A stretch of DNA of 57,538 bases, counting the filler, from Dugesia japonica (lineage: Eukaryota): NCBI GenBank assembly GCA_001938525.1. It is 5 parts of 5 records of this genome, joined end to end, with 100 filler letters (N's around TTAATTAATTAA, not from the genome) between each part and the next. Parts side by side here need not be neighbours in the genome. Positions count along the whole stretch, not along the records: positions 34,857 to 45,549 come from MQRL01607273.1; positions 45,650 to 57,538 come from MQRL01634003.1; 3 more parts are not named here. One strand, given 5' to 3'. Below the pieces are notes generated by a model. It was not told the DNA's origin. It saw only the letters and a list, made by a program, of their open reading frames with translations, and did not search any database. The first letter of the stretch is position 1. The number at the start of each line of letters is the position of its first letter. The position numbers were made by a program, and so were the translations under genes. Shown here one piece after another: positions 34,857 to 47,585 of this stretch.

Positions 34857-37058
34857 ATTGGGTTCCGAGGCTTTTGGATCTTGTGCTTTTTTTCCTGACC
34901 GCTTGTTTTTGATGTTTCCTGTTCTCGCTAATAGCTGTGAGATGATACCCCGGAACCACAAGAATTTGTGTGATATCTTTCTACACATCACGATCCTCAT
35001 TTCCGAGTCCATCGGGACTATGGGATATCCCGATTTGATTGAATTTTTGATGTTCATCTTGAACATTCCTATATAAACACATACAGAACAAACGCACTAT
35101 TAAGAAGGAAATTATTTGTACAAATGGTCAATTTAATAGAACACATCTTTAATTGTAATCTTCTTGTTGGGAGTTGTTTCAGAGACCTTGTGATAGTCTT
35201 GCCAACGCAATGAGTATTTCGTAGCAACATTGATTTTCGTCCCGCATACCAACATTTGGTGACAATTCCCGTCTACTAGTGTTATTCATACGCGTTCTCA
35301 TGGCTTTAATTTTTTCCTTCAGGAAGATCTCCGTGAGCTACCGCATCTCCTAAAGTCATTTCTTTAATTCTGCCGTGCATTTAGCATGTTCTTTGAGTAA
35401 TTTTTCTCGGGATAGTACTGTGGATTTAGTTGACATGTCGAAAGGAAGTATTTCAATCATTAACATCTAACAAATAATTATTTAGAGTCAAATATGAAAT
35501 GCTAAGTCTTTCGTTAAACAATCAAGCAAAGGTTCCCGAAGATGTATTTGTAACGAAAAGAAACGCGTAATAGAAATTTTATTGTTATACCAAACACATT
35601 TTATATCTTTACAGTTACAATACCGCTTCTTTATCGTTATCCAATTATACTATGGTTTCCTCAGAGGTTTCACCTTCCTCGTAATCATCCCGCTCTATCA
35701 AAGTTGAGATGAAAGTTGTTGCGATATGCTCAACTGGTTGTTGTTCATCCTTCGTATGATCCCCTATTGTCGTTCAGTGTTGTATATTATACAAGATGCG
35801 CTCTTGGCGCTCGGAGATCTTCTGGTCTCATCGTATGTGGTCAAGTTTGATTAGTTGAATTCGAATTTTGTTATCCTTCTTTGTTTTTATTAATTCTTAC
35901 TCTAGTTCTTTGATTCTTCTATCTCATTTTCCAGCTGCTCATGCGTTATCCAACAGGGTTTCTGATCTCGACCACAACAGTTTCGGTATTTCCACAGTTG
36001 TGCGTATACTGAAGCTCCATCTATTCTCCGCAGTGCTCTGGTTACATCTTGTAAAATTTTTCTGAACATTTTAACTGGCATTACGATTAATTTTGTTTGT
36101 TACATCGCTTAAAATAATTATAATTTTTAGCTTTTTTGAATTTATTTTGTAGTGGAACTAAAATTGATCGGTCAATATATCAATATACGAAAGTGGGAGG
36201 CAATATGCTTTAAGTAACCCTCAACACTCATGTTTCAGTTAGTACAGCCACAAGTTTATCAAGAATATATGCATTGAAACACATCTTACTCGAAAGTTGG
36301 TGTACTTTTTCCGTCTGATAATTTATACATCGATCATGGAATGATTTACAAAATGAAACAATGCACATAACAGTAATAGATTTATATTACTTCATACACT
36401 CAGATTGCTGTTATTAACAGGATACCACAACTCTATCGTTGAATCAGGTCATTCTCACTAGGTTGCTTGTTAGTTATTTATGGGCATTCAAAAAAAACCA
36501 ATTCACTAATGATACTGATTTATCGAAGAATTAGTGTTCCTATAATTTCCAATTTACTTGTAAATTCCTTTTTTAAAATGAGATAGATTAAAACGCAGAT
36601 CTGGTATATAGTTAATACTTAAGTCAAATTAATCGTCCAGATATATTGAAATAAATTTTTGAAACTCATTAATTATGGTTTATTAAATTAATGAAATCGT
36701 TAAACAGTTACTAGTACAATACGCAATATAAAAACGAAAATAANNNNNNNNNNNNNNNNNNNNNNNNNNNNNNNNNNNNNNNNNNNNNNNNNNNNNNNNN
36801 NNNNNNNNNNNNNNNNNNNNNNNNNNNNNNNNNNNNNNNNNNNNNNNNNNNNNNNTGTTAGCTTTATATTTCATTAAAAAATTATTTACAAAAATTATTT
36901 TATAATTATTAAAATAGATTTATTATGTTTAGGCGTTTTTTAAATTTTGATGATATTTTTAATGAATAAATTAAATTTTAAGTAAAATCTATAAGTACAA
37001 CATTTTGCTAATGATTAAGTAATATATTTTTTTACTTTTAGAAATTCTTATGTTAAAT

Positions 37059-38339
37059 ATGGATAGGATATCAATAGATATTAAAAATTTAGTCATTAAA
37101 AAAATTGAAAGAGGGATTGTATCAGCGGAACATTTCAAATGCACTCAATATTTCAAGGAATGCTATTCAACATATTGCAAGGAAGCTGCAACAACATGGA
37201 ACATTGGGAAACCTAAGTAAAAGTGGTCGTAACCCGAAAAATACAGAAAGATCAGAAAGATCACTTATTCGGATGTCAAAGAAAAATCCCCAGATAACAG
37301 CACGTGAAATTTTTATCGATTGGAAATTAAGCCAAACTTCCTCAGTTAGTACTATAAAGCGCATTTTGAGAAAGTATAGCTTGTTCGGACGAATTGCAGC
37401 AAAAAAAACCATATTTAAAAGAGAGACATATTAGGAATCACTTAAATTGGTGCAGAGAATGAGGTGATTTTTACTGATGGAAGTCGCATAGAACCATTTT
37501 CTAGAAGAAGAAAATATGTCTACAGACCTCAAGGATCAAGATATAATCCAAAATATACCACGAACACGGTGAAATTCGGAGCTCAGAGTTTGATGGTTTG
37601 GAATGCAATCAAAGAAGGTGGCAGCAGAGTTCTGATAAGGTGTCTGGATCGGATGAATTCTGATGCCTACATGAATGTATTGAAGAAATGGTTGTTGCCA
37701 ATATATGAGGCAAAGAATATATTTCAACAAGACGGAGCTCCATGCTATACATCACGATTGGTGTCTTCTTTTTTGGACATGAAAAAAATCTGCATACTCA
37801 GTGATTGGCCGTCTCAATCACCAGATCTGAATATAATTGAACCGTTGTGAGCTGACCTGAAAGCCAAAGTTGCTATGTGTAAGCCAGCAAATATTGAGGT
37901 ATTGTGGAAGAATTCCGAGGAGCAATGGGCAATGATTCCAACATCTAAAATTAAAAATCTTTATGAAAGCATGCCAAGAAGAATTCAAGAGGTAATTAAA
38001 AATAACGGTATGAATTCAAGGTACTAATTTGGAGTGTCTTGATTGTTCACGAGGTTGACTATTTATTATAATATTTTTCCTCATTTGAAATGTAAATAAA
38101 AGATGTTTTATTGAATTTTTACTTTTGTATTCAAAATGACCTAAAAATTAATGTTTTTGGAAAAATCGGTTTTTCTACATTTACAACAATTTTACTTTGG
38201 AAAACTTTGATTGGAAACATGATATTCAACATATTCTTTGATATATTTAAATATAGACTAAATTAAAGAACTTATAATTATATATTTTCATCATTTTATG
38301 GATGTTATAGGGGTGGCCCAAAACATATGGACGGCATTG
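37059..38339 (+). mobile_element. Tc1-like transposon (DD35E), frameshifted; left TIR not seen
   Basis: Paired-like HTH, SGRNPK, IFTDGSR, LMVWNAI, FQQDGAPC, WPSQSPDLNIIE, LYESMPRRIQEVIKNNG. Right end ...TGGACGGCATTG|TA. Confidence 0.93.
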
Positions 38340-41255
38340 TAAAAGAAATAAATAATTGAACATTAAATTATCGAAAATAAGATGTCTTAATGATTAAAAT
38401 CAATTAATCCTTTCTGATCTGACATTTTATCTTTGTCTGAAAAAAATATATTCTATAGGATTCTGTTAAGTGGGAAAAAACGGATGAAAAAAATAATGTG
38501 AATATAATGTTAGCAGATGAATAAATAGTGTGTGCAATACGATGTGCCAAAGATCCCAGTGATAATAAAACGAAATATAATCTTTAAAACCAACGTTCAA
38601 ATTATTGTACATTACAATGTGCTCTGGGTCTGAAATGGTTAAGTTCATTATTACTTAATTAGAGGATGTTATCGTAAAAAGTCAAATAAAATTGACTTAA
38701 ATTATTAAAGCAATTAATAAAATCAAAGTCACAATTAAATTATCGAAATCAAATAAATAAATAATAATAAAATACGTAATATTTTAAAATTGTTAATAAC
38801 ATTAAACGTCTAACGACACAACAATTAACGAATTGTACAAAAAGAGAAGAGATGATCGATCACCACCCGAGGTCCTGACTCTTCTCAATCACATGTAGAG
38901 TAGTCATCTTATATTTTGAATTATTTACCCTCCTCATTCATTTTTATGTCGAACAATTACATTAATATAATTTCTTTCTTTGCTCTCCTATTCACGCGTT
39001 AATTGTCCGCAACTTCTTCATAATCATTTCCTTAATTTATACATTATTTATTCANNACTTTGGTCTACCACTAAATCCAGTTCATTTTATTTTGGTTTTA
39101 ATGCCTTTTTATTTTATATTTTACTTGATAATAATCAACTTTTTATAAATAAATTTATTTTCACTATATATTCTACTTAACAATTAATTTCTTAACTTTT
39201 ATACTATTTTATTTTATCAATCATATGTTTCGAAGTACTTGTTGCGTTTTTATAATGACTGTTCTGACCCAACAATATTATCATGTTGAACAGAAAGTAA
39301 TTGTCGATTGTTTATAATCATTTAAATCACGAATAAATCACTTTCAAAAAGGAATTCCCAATAATGTACTGTACACAAATAATAATATCATTCAAGATGC
39401 GATATGGATCATTGAGTATAAACTTGTGATAAAGGGATATCATCCTAAGATAAAAAAACTAATAAAGGGTTAAATTAACACACGAAACAATGATTACCAA
39501 TCCACAGTTGGTCCAAATAATAATAAATCTAAATTATGCAAGGTTAGGTTAATAAATTTTTCAGTAAAATTTTCAATATCAACAGATAAGATGAAAAATA
39601 AATATTGTTCGATGAAAACTGAAAACTAGATTCTAGTTGGAGTAAGATGCAGATGGTTAAACAGATCTGTCCATACCTAAATAATTAAGTTAACATATAG
39701 GAGTGAATTTTCACTAGGGAGTGCAAAACCGGGATCCTGGACCATTTTGAATCGATTTTAAAAACAGGTTTTTGTTGGTACAATTTCGGTTTTTCGGTTT
39801 TCAAACAATTTAGGTATTGAATGATACAAATTCTATATCACTTTAATTACAATTTATAGAACTAATAGTCTAGCAGTACATTAAATCATACAAAACATTT
39901 TTGATTATAACAGCCAAAATGATTTAAATAGTAATTTTAAAAGAAATATATTTTAGAAAACATTTTTATGAGAATATAAATTAATTTTTTATTGAAAAAC
40001 TTTAGGAATTAGAAACATGATAGTTGACTATGCTAAAAATATACGAAGGTTATACAAGTCGGAGTTTGCTAATCAAAAAAATTTTATTAAGGGTTTCAGT
40101 CTTGTGATGAATGGAAATCACTTAAAAATCCTCGTTACATAAACATTAACATTCTTTCTTTTCGAAAAACGTGGAATTTGGGAATCGTGCGAATTTATAG
40201 GAGTATTCTACCAACGAAATAAGTTGAAATTATTAAACGAAAGCTTCTAGAAATTGATTTATCATTACACAAAGATATTGTGTGCTTAAGATGATGGTAA
40301 AAATGTATAAACTAATAGAAACAAATCAATAATTGTGTTTTGTTCAACAAATGTGTTGTACTCAAATCAGACTGAATTTGAACCTATTGAAAAAGATTAT
40401 GAAGAATTATTAGAACCCATAACATCCAAGGGCGAATCTGAAGATAAATATGATGTCGATAATAAAATCAGTATTTTCCCAATCGAAGAAGAAACGGCGG
40501 AAACACCAGTAATTAATTATAAAGAGCTCGGTCATTTAATTAATAAAATGAGAAAAAATCAACAAAATCGTTCGTAAATCAACTACCAAAAATGATGAAA
40601 TTTTACAAAAATATGTAAAAGCAGAGTTTGGAAAAGAGTTGATTTTGATACTAGATTGTAAGACCACATGGAATAGTTTGCTTACTATTGTTGGACTGAA
40701 ACAGGCCAGTTGTTGAAACTGGAACCGTTGCACGTTGTAACATGACTTATTGTTACCGCAAAGTTAATTAGTAAAATAAAATTATAAGTGAAGGGTGAGC
40801 ACCGCACATCGTATATAAAATAAAATTATGTGATGGGTAGGCACCGCACATTAGAAAACAAATGAAATAATAATCATGTCCAAATTAAGGCATCGTAGAA
40901 GAATCAGCGAGTGAACACCGCTCGATTCAGCGATTTTCTAAAAATTTTCAAGTAATCGCCTACAATAGCTGTCAAAAATTGACACAAAAAAATAATATAA
41001 AAGGAAACCCAAAAATCATAAAAGTTAGAAAAATTAGAAGTTAGAATTTATAAGTTATAATTTGTGAATCATAATTATCATCACCAACAGACTACGAAGT
41101 AAATTTTATTTGTTATTTTAAATATGATCGGAAGACTGGGACTGTGTTCCTCGTTGACTGGCTACGCCGGCAACGATGGACATCTGTGCTCAGAGATCCG
41201 AGGTTTAATCTTGCACGAGATCATCTACCATTAAATGATTAAATTAGAATGAAAA

Positions 41256-41375
41256 TTATGATGATGATTATGAAAGTGAATAATAATTACAAGAAGTTTA
41301 TGATGATGATTATGAAAGTGAATACTAATTACCAGAGGTTTCTGATGATGACTGTGGGAAGCGAATAATTATGAT
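41256..41375 (+). repeat. 42-bp tandem repeat, about 3 copies
   Basis: GATGATGATTATGAAAGTGAATAMTAATTAC... repeated. Confidence 0.75.
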
Positions 41376-42112
41376 GAGAATTATTTGCGGGTGATTACGA
41401 GAAGTGATCTATAATTATGAGAACGATATGCAAAGGATGTTGAAAGGGAGAACGTTGTTTGTCATCAAGGGATGTCAAAGTGTAGAGAAAGTTGTGGTTG
41501 ATGGTGTGGAAGAGTGATTAATGAATAATAAAATGATTAGTGAACATGAATTGAACTTGGAAATAAAGTGATAATATGTTGATATAACTAGATGAATATA
41601 CTTATGAACGATGATGGGTTTAAACGAATCAACGATTAAAAATCGGTGTGGGGATTGAGTCCTAAGCTTTTAAATTCTATTTAGTAATTTTTCGATAAAC
41701 CGTTGTACATTATTATGTGTTGTATCTGTGGTGAAAATATTACACTCATATTTAAATACCTATGACTTTTATTAGTCTCATTTATTGTAGACATATTCTT
41801 CTATACATAAATCATTATAAAATACAATTAATATAGAATGTAGTAGAAAGAGCAGGAGGACCATTCGTGATCATGAAGGAGATGGGTTTTCAGATGATGG
41901 CAGATAAATACTCACTATGAACACGGCTATTGATTAATAGATTTATGAATTGTATATGCAAAATTTACGAAGAAGATCCAACTCTTTCTACTCATGACGG
42001 ATGATCGATGGTCTGCGAGTAACATTCTGTATTTTATTTTAAACCATAATAATTAAATTTTATAATTATTAAATGTATGATAATCTAGTAATGCTGTGAT
42101 GAATTGTAGATA

Positions 42113-43130
42113 ATGTTTAAATCAATTACCAATGCAACAGCGGTCCAATCTCTAAAGTCAGAGGGATATTATATGCAAACAAACGAGATAAACTCTATGC
42201 CAAACTTGTGGGACTCGATCGGAGTTTATGGAACCGATGTCGATNNNNNNNNNNNNNNNNNNNNNNNNNNNNNNNNNNNNNNNNNNNNNNNNNNNNNNNN
42301 NNNNNNNNNNNNNNNNNNNNNNNNNNNNNNNNNNNNNNNNNNNNNNNNNNNNNNNNNAGAGATGGAAGTCAGAGTTGATCAACAAGAGCAACGATTTCAA
42401 CGACAGCTCGCGGAACTCACCCAGTACCAAGCTGAACGGGAAAAAGAGTTAATTAAACTACTCATACGGACTACCGAGTTGGCTAACAATCAGCAGCAAG
42501 TTTATACTTCAATGGGAGCGACCCAGCTGGAAGCAAAGGAGCACACAAAACTCAGTGAAAGACTCTCCGGAAAAGTCAAGACTATTTTGCAACAGGTGCT
42601 AGTACCACTCGACGATATTAACATTCTCGAATGTAATGTGTGATTTCAGTCGGGCTTTAATCAATAAAGTTTGATGTTTACGTTTTCTATTATTGAATCA
42701 ACTAATTAAATCAAATTGCATAATTAGCCAAGATGGAATAAAAATGATTATACATTAATTATACCTGTTATCTTTTACTAACTGTCCAGATTTGACATTC
42801 ATTATTATTTTCAGTGTCCAACCCTAGAAAATTAACCGACATATTGCTTACAGACATCAGGAAAAGTGGGCTTCAATCCAGAGAAAGTTGCAGAATGAAA
42901 TCCCAGAATTGCAGAAAAAGAACTCTGCCTTGCGGGAGAAAAATACCAGGTTGCAGGAAAGAGATCTAGCGCTTTCTCAGACATGTCGGGCTACTGCAGG
43001 CATCAATAAAGCTTACGCAGATAGAGAGAGCGAACTCATTGCTACCGTTCGAACTTTGACACAAACATCGAAGCCGGACAAAGAAATTGTGACGGAGAAG
43101 TCAAAGGAAATCATTGATGTGGACGATTAA
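42113..43130 (+). CDS. Probable spliced coiled-coil gene inside the insertion
   Basis: 176-aa ORF (with an N gap) and a second coiled-coil exon after the acceptor TTTTCAG near 42814. Stop at 43130, AATAAA at 43145. Confidence 0.5.
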
Positions 43131-45549
43131 TGACTTTTATTTACAATAAAAGTTTCTATTTAATGTGTTTCAGAATTTTATTTTCGAAATAGAATATTTA
43201 AACAATAAATTTTTCTTGAAAACTGAGCCAGGTGAAAGAGAAATTGGAACTAAGACGGGATACCGCGTAGTCCCGCTGGAACTGGGAAAAGGGGGATCGT
43301 GTAACTAGAGAGAGTAGCACAAGTTTCTGTGGTTGCTAGGTGTCATCCCCTAGACAGAAAAGATATGTGAAAGAACATAGACGGTGAAAATGAGATTAAA
43401 AATTAAAGATCGAACTAAATACTGATAAAAATACAACATCCAAAGCCTAGCAAGCCAACACTATGATGAAATGATTCTTTTTACTAAAAAGCTGTATTCA
43501 AAAACCAATTATAGATTTGAAATTGACAATCAGTTTCTCTAACTATGAATATTACATTGTTTCATCGGCTATTTCTTTTTTAATTTCTGTTAAAGTAGCG
43601 GTTGAAGCATTTTGTCGCCATAATGCTAATTTGATTACGGCTGACGCAACATTTAAATTCTTATTCTAGGATTTACAAAAGGTAAATACACCACTGAATA
43701 CTGAATTATTAAATGCAATAAAGAAATGTATTTATGAAAGTCACACCAAAATTTCAGGCATTATGCAATATTTACACCATGTATTTGAAGTAAACAAAGA
43801 AATGTGCACAGCAGATGGCCAAGAAAAGTTTTCATTTCCAAAACTCACTAAAACTGTAATACTCAAATCCTTGTTGAATTTAACACAAAAATGCGATTTA
43901 TTTAATATAAACAAGAATGTTGGTAACGTAAATAGAGATGAAGACTATAATGATAAGTGCAGTTCAAGAAATTAAGGAACAGTAGAACCAATTTGGATAG
44001 CTTAGTATGAGGGAACTACTTGATCATGCTATATTGAAAGAAGTAAATTATGTGATTTCCGGAAAGAAAACCCAAGATAATTTTACTCTTTTGAAAAAAG
44101 AAATGGCGTTGTTTGAAGAAGAGGGAACATGGGGCAAACATATTCAGCAAATTTATGATGTTTTTTTGACAATCCGGCCTACAAGTGTTTCGGTCGAAAG
44201 AGCATTTTCGGTTACAGGTCAAATCTGTACAAGACTTCAAATAAACTTGAATGATGAGTCAATTGATGCTTTGTGTTTCATGCGAGCTTATTTTAAAACA
44301 ATTAAAAATTTATAGAACTAAAACGCTTATTTAATTTGTTGTTTTATTTATTTAACTACTATATAGTTTTTTTTATTTTATATTACAATATATTATTTGC
44401 TAATGAATTATTATAAAAATGAAATAATTTTTTTATATTGAAAGAAAATATGAAATAAAGTTCAATAATNTAATCCTCTGAATTCTTTTTTGAAGTATCA
44501 AATTTTTGGTATTGAAAAACCAAAATACCGGTTTTCAAAATTCCTTTCGGTTTTACATTCCTTACTTTCCACTATCGAATAGCAAATTGCTTTCATCGAA
44601 AGACAGAATTTACACGTAAAAATAACACAAATACACTGCTGGCATTAGATTGGAGTCACTTTCGTTTGCATCAGCTATCACACTTAGCCCGGTAATTTCA
44701 TTTTAATTTAATTTGCAATTATATGTATTAGCTACTCAACTAGAATTTTGGCTGGTCCAAGAACTAAACTTCTAATAAAAGTATTTGCTAAATAAAGTTA
44801 AACAAATACAAAATCTAATATTTAAATAAGGAGCCATGTATATATTATACTCCAATGTGGAGGTTAGATGGTCGGATTTAGAATAATTTGCGTAAGGAGA
44901 GGGATCTCAACTGAATGCGTATGTATGGATAAATTTATATTTACGAGCCATCCACATATTAGGTATTCAAAGGTCATATTTTTAAACCACCCGCCACCTC
45001 CTACTACAATCCATACATTTTCCGGAAATCACTCTATGCGTACGTACTCATGTTTGAGAAATTAATTCTAATCACGGAATTTTCTTTATTGAAGCTTAAT
45101 TATCGATACTGATAATTTTATATCAAATGAAGAATCCATCGGCTCATTTTAAGACACATCCTATTCGTTACGCAAGTTTAGTAAAATAGATCTTTGAAAT
45201 TACGGATGCCTAATTGGTGTTTCGAATAACAGATCTTTGCCAGCATGTGATATTACAACTCGCACAGGAGGGAACCATGGTAGAAAATATGAATTCGATG
45301 AACGATAATAGGGCGTATATTGTAATTTTACTATCTCTGTGAAGTTCTAAATCGGTCTAAAATGATTTGCTACCAATTTTTCATTGGGTTCATTTGGTGG
45401 TAATGAAAAATCAATTGGACTTATATATTCTGCGAAGCTCTATTGGTTGTCGATTATCAAATGATAACATATTTTTCCAAACTAACAGAAAAATTGATTT
45501 CGATAAATAATTATATTAATTTTCAATTTCAACCATACAAAAGATAGTA

Positions 45550-45649
45550 NNNNNNNNNNNNNNNNNNNNNNNNNNNNNNNNNNNNNNNNNNNNTTAATTA
45601 ATTAANNNNNNNNNNNNNNNNNNNNNNNNNNNNNNNNNNNNNNNNNNNN
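45550..45649. other. Artificial contig spacer
   Basis: N-run, TTAATTAATTAA, N-run. Confidence 0.95.
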
Positions 45650-47214
45650 AAAAAATCAAGAATGCGATATATAACAAAAGCCATGTGTGGTGTTTATTTC
45701 TATATACTTACAAAGTTTAAATAAAAAGTACAAATTACATTGTGTACAAGTCTTGATTCCAAGTTTTCTTTCTTTAGATTCAGAGCTACGAACTTCTGAC
45801 GCACATATTTATTTAAATAATGTAATGTAATGCAATATAATGTATAGTTTCGATTAAAATATATCGTGTATCTCACATCTGATATAAAAAAGACAGTGGT
45901 TGCACCCAAGTCAGTTGACAGAATCTATCGTCAAACAAGGACGGTTCGAACCAAACGTTATTTTACGTACTTGATGGAACTATGAGGGTTTGCTGAAATT
46001 CGAATTAGTTCTAAATATACGTGTAATTACGATTGATCTTTACTTTGAAAAACCAAAAAGAATGTATGCAATTCTGTCCAATCGCTTTCCTTCTCTAGTC
46101 AATCGTAGAAAAGTTCTTCTACAGTAAGGCAACGCATCACCGCACATCTCTCGTGAGAAAGTTAAAGATCTGAGTAGTACCGAACTCCTATCACATGCAG
46201 CCCGCAGCCTGAACGAATATGTGTTTAACTACTACTAGTTCAAGTCTTGCGAGATTGGCAGTTCGAGAATATTCAGCAGGGTTTTTAAATGAAACTGTAA
46301 AAAAAGTCTTTGTTAATTTACTCAAAAAAATTCAAAACCATATTTGTACATTTAATAATTAGAAAAAAACTTTCACAAAATTATAAAATAATTCAACTTC
46401 ACAAAAATGAGATATTATAAATTCTTAAAAAATTTAATAAATACTAATCAATACCAAATAGAAGTAATATATCAGATAGTCAAATAAAGAGTAAAAAAAA
46501 NAATTGACACTTAAAATTCTTTGAAATTATTGAAAGTTGAAATAAATTTTTCAAAAGAAATGCTGAAAGAAAATTTTTAAATGCTATTTGAGACTTGCAA
46601 ATCGATGAAATAATTCCTACAAATGGAAATTTATTGTAAATTATAGAAAATCTATAAAAATATGTAGATAATATTCCCCAGTAAAATTACAATCACTTTT
46701 GTCCGATTTGAGGAAATTATTAGTTGACTGAAAATTACTTTTTAAAAATTAAAGGAATTTTAAAATAAATTTTAAAAATAATAAAAATTATTTTAATCAC
46801 AAAAATTCTAATAAAATATTTTTGGATAGATTTTTCAGAATTTAATAAATTTTCATACATTTCACAGGAAAAATCAGTAAATAATTTCTTGATTAAAAGT
46901 TTTAAAAAATCACACACACATACACACAAATTTATAAACTTTAACTATTTCAACTACAGCAGGGGTTCAAAAAAAGTTTTGATTCGCAGTGCCACTAGTA
47001 TATCAAAATTGTTCCACGGCGTCCCAAATAAAAATATTGGTATATTATTATTATTATTATTTAGTTTATAAATTAATTATATAATATTATTACTGCTGTN
47101 NNNNNNNNNNNNNNNNNNNNNNNNNNNNNNNNNNNNNNNNNNNNNNNNNTTATTCAAAAACTATCAAGTTTGGGGTCGCAATGGATTTTTATTCGTCCTT
47201 TGAATTTGTTACAT

Positions 47215-47585
47215 ACTTTGCGCTATAAAAACTGTAATTGATGAAAAGCGCACTTCATTGGCCAGTCAGAAAGGTACTGTTTTGAACCATGATAATGCCA
47301 AACCCAAAGTGTCTTTGATGACTCAGCGGAAAATGGCTAAGCTAGGATAGGAACAACTAACTCATCCGCTGTATTTACCTGATGTAGCATCTTCCAATCT
47401 TTATTTATTCAGATCCCAACAAAATTATCTTTGTTGGAAAAATTTCCAAACTTTAGAGGACTGTAAAAACCAATTGAACCAATTCATAGCCAAAAAAGAT
47501 GGCAAATTTTGAAAGAATACCTTAATAAGTTTCTCAAAGATGACAATAAGTATTTGGACATAATGGTGCATAATTTACTGATTAA
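47215..47585 (+). mobile_element. Mariner transposase C-terminal remnant (3' end resumes at 50682-50755)
   Basis: NHDNAKPK...LTHPLYLPDVASSNLYLFRSQQNYL. TIR-like TTATGTTCCAATCTAATA near 50738-50755. Confidence 0.85.

Larger units (their letters stand above)
40689..43460. mobile_element. 2.77-kb TG...CA insertion with 4-bp TSD (large solo-LTR-like)
   Basis: CTAT|TGTTGG...CCAACA|CTAT. The hAT reading frame resumes exactly after it (...NSLLT / MMK*FFLLKSCIQK). Confidence 0.85.
39715..44564 (+). mobile_element. hAT transposon, degenerate, interrupted by a 2.8-kb insertion
   Basis: TIRs TAGGGAGTGCAAAACCG / CGGTTTTACATTCCTTA. Diverged 8-bp TSD ATTTTCAC/CTTTCCAC. LILDCKTTWNSL, VEAFCRHNANLITAD and dimerization motif TIRPTSVSVERAFS. 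Confidence 0.9.

Noticed and set aside
34857-36065. Minus-strand coding-like sequence
   Set aside because: Many stops and no recognisable domain. Probably decayed retroelement-associated sequence.
43284-43460. PPT-like GGGAAAAGGGGGA suggesting a short 3' LTR inside the 2.8-kb insert
   Set aside because: No matching direct repeat at the 5' end of the insert.
45120-45480. Mostly open minus-strand frame
   Set aside because: Contains stops, no motif recognised, and lies next to the contig end.
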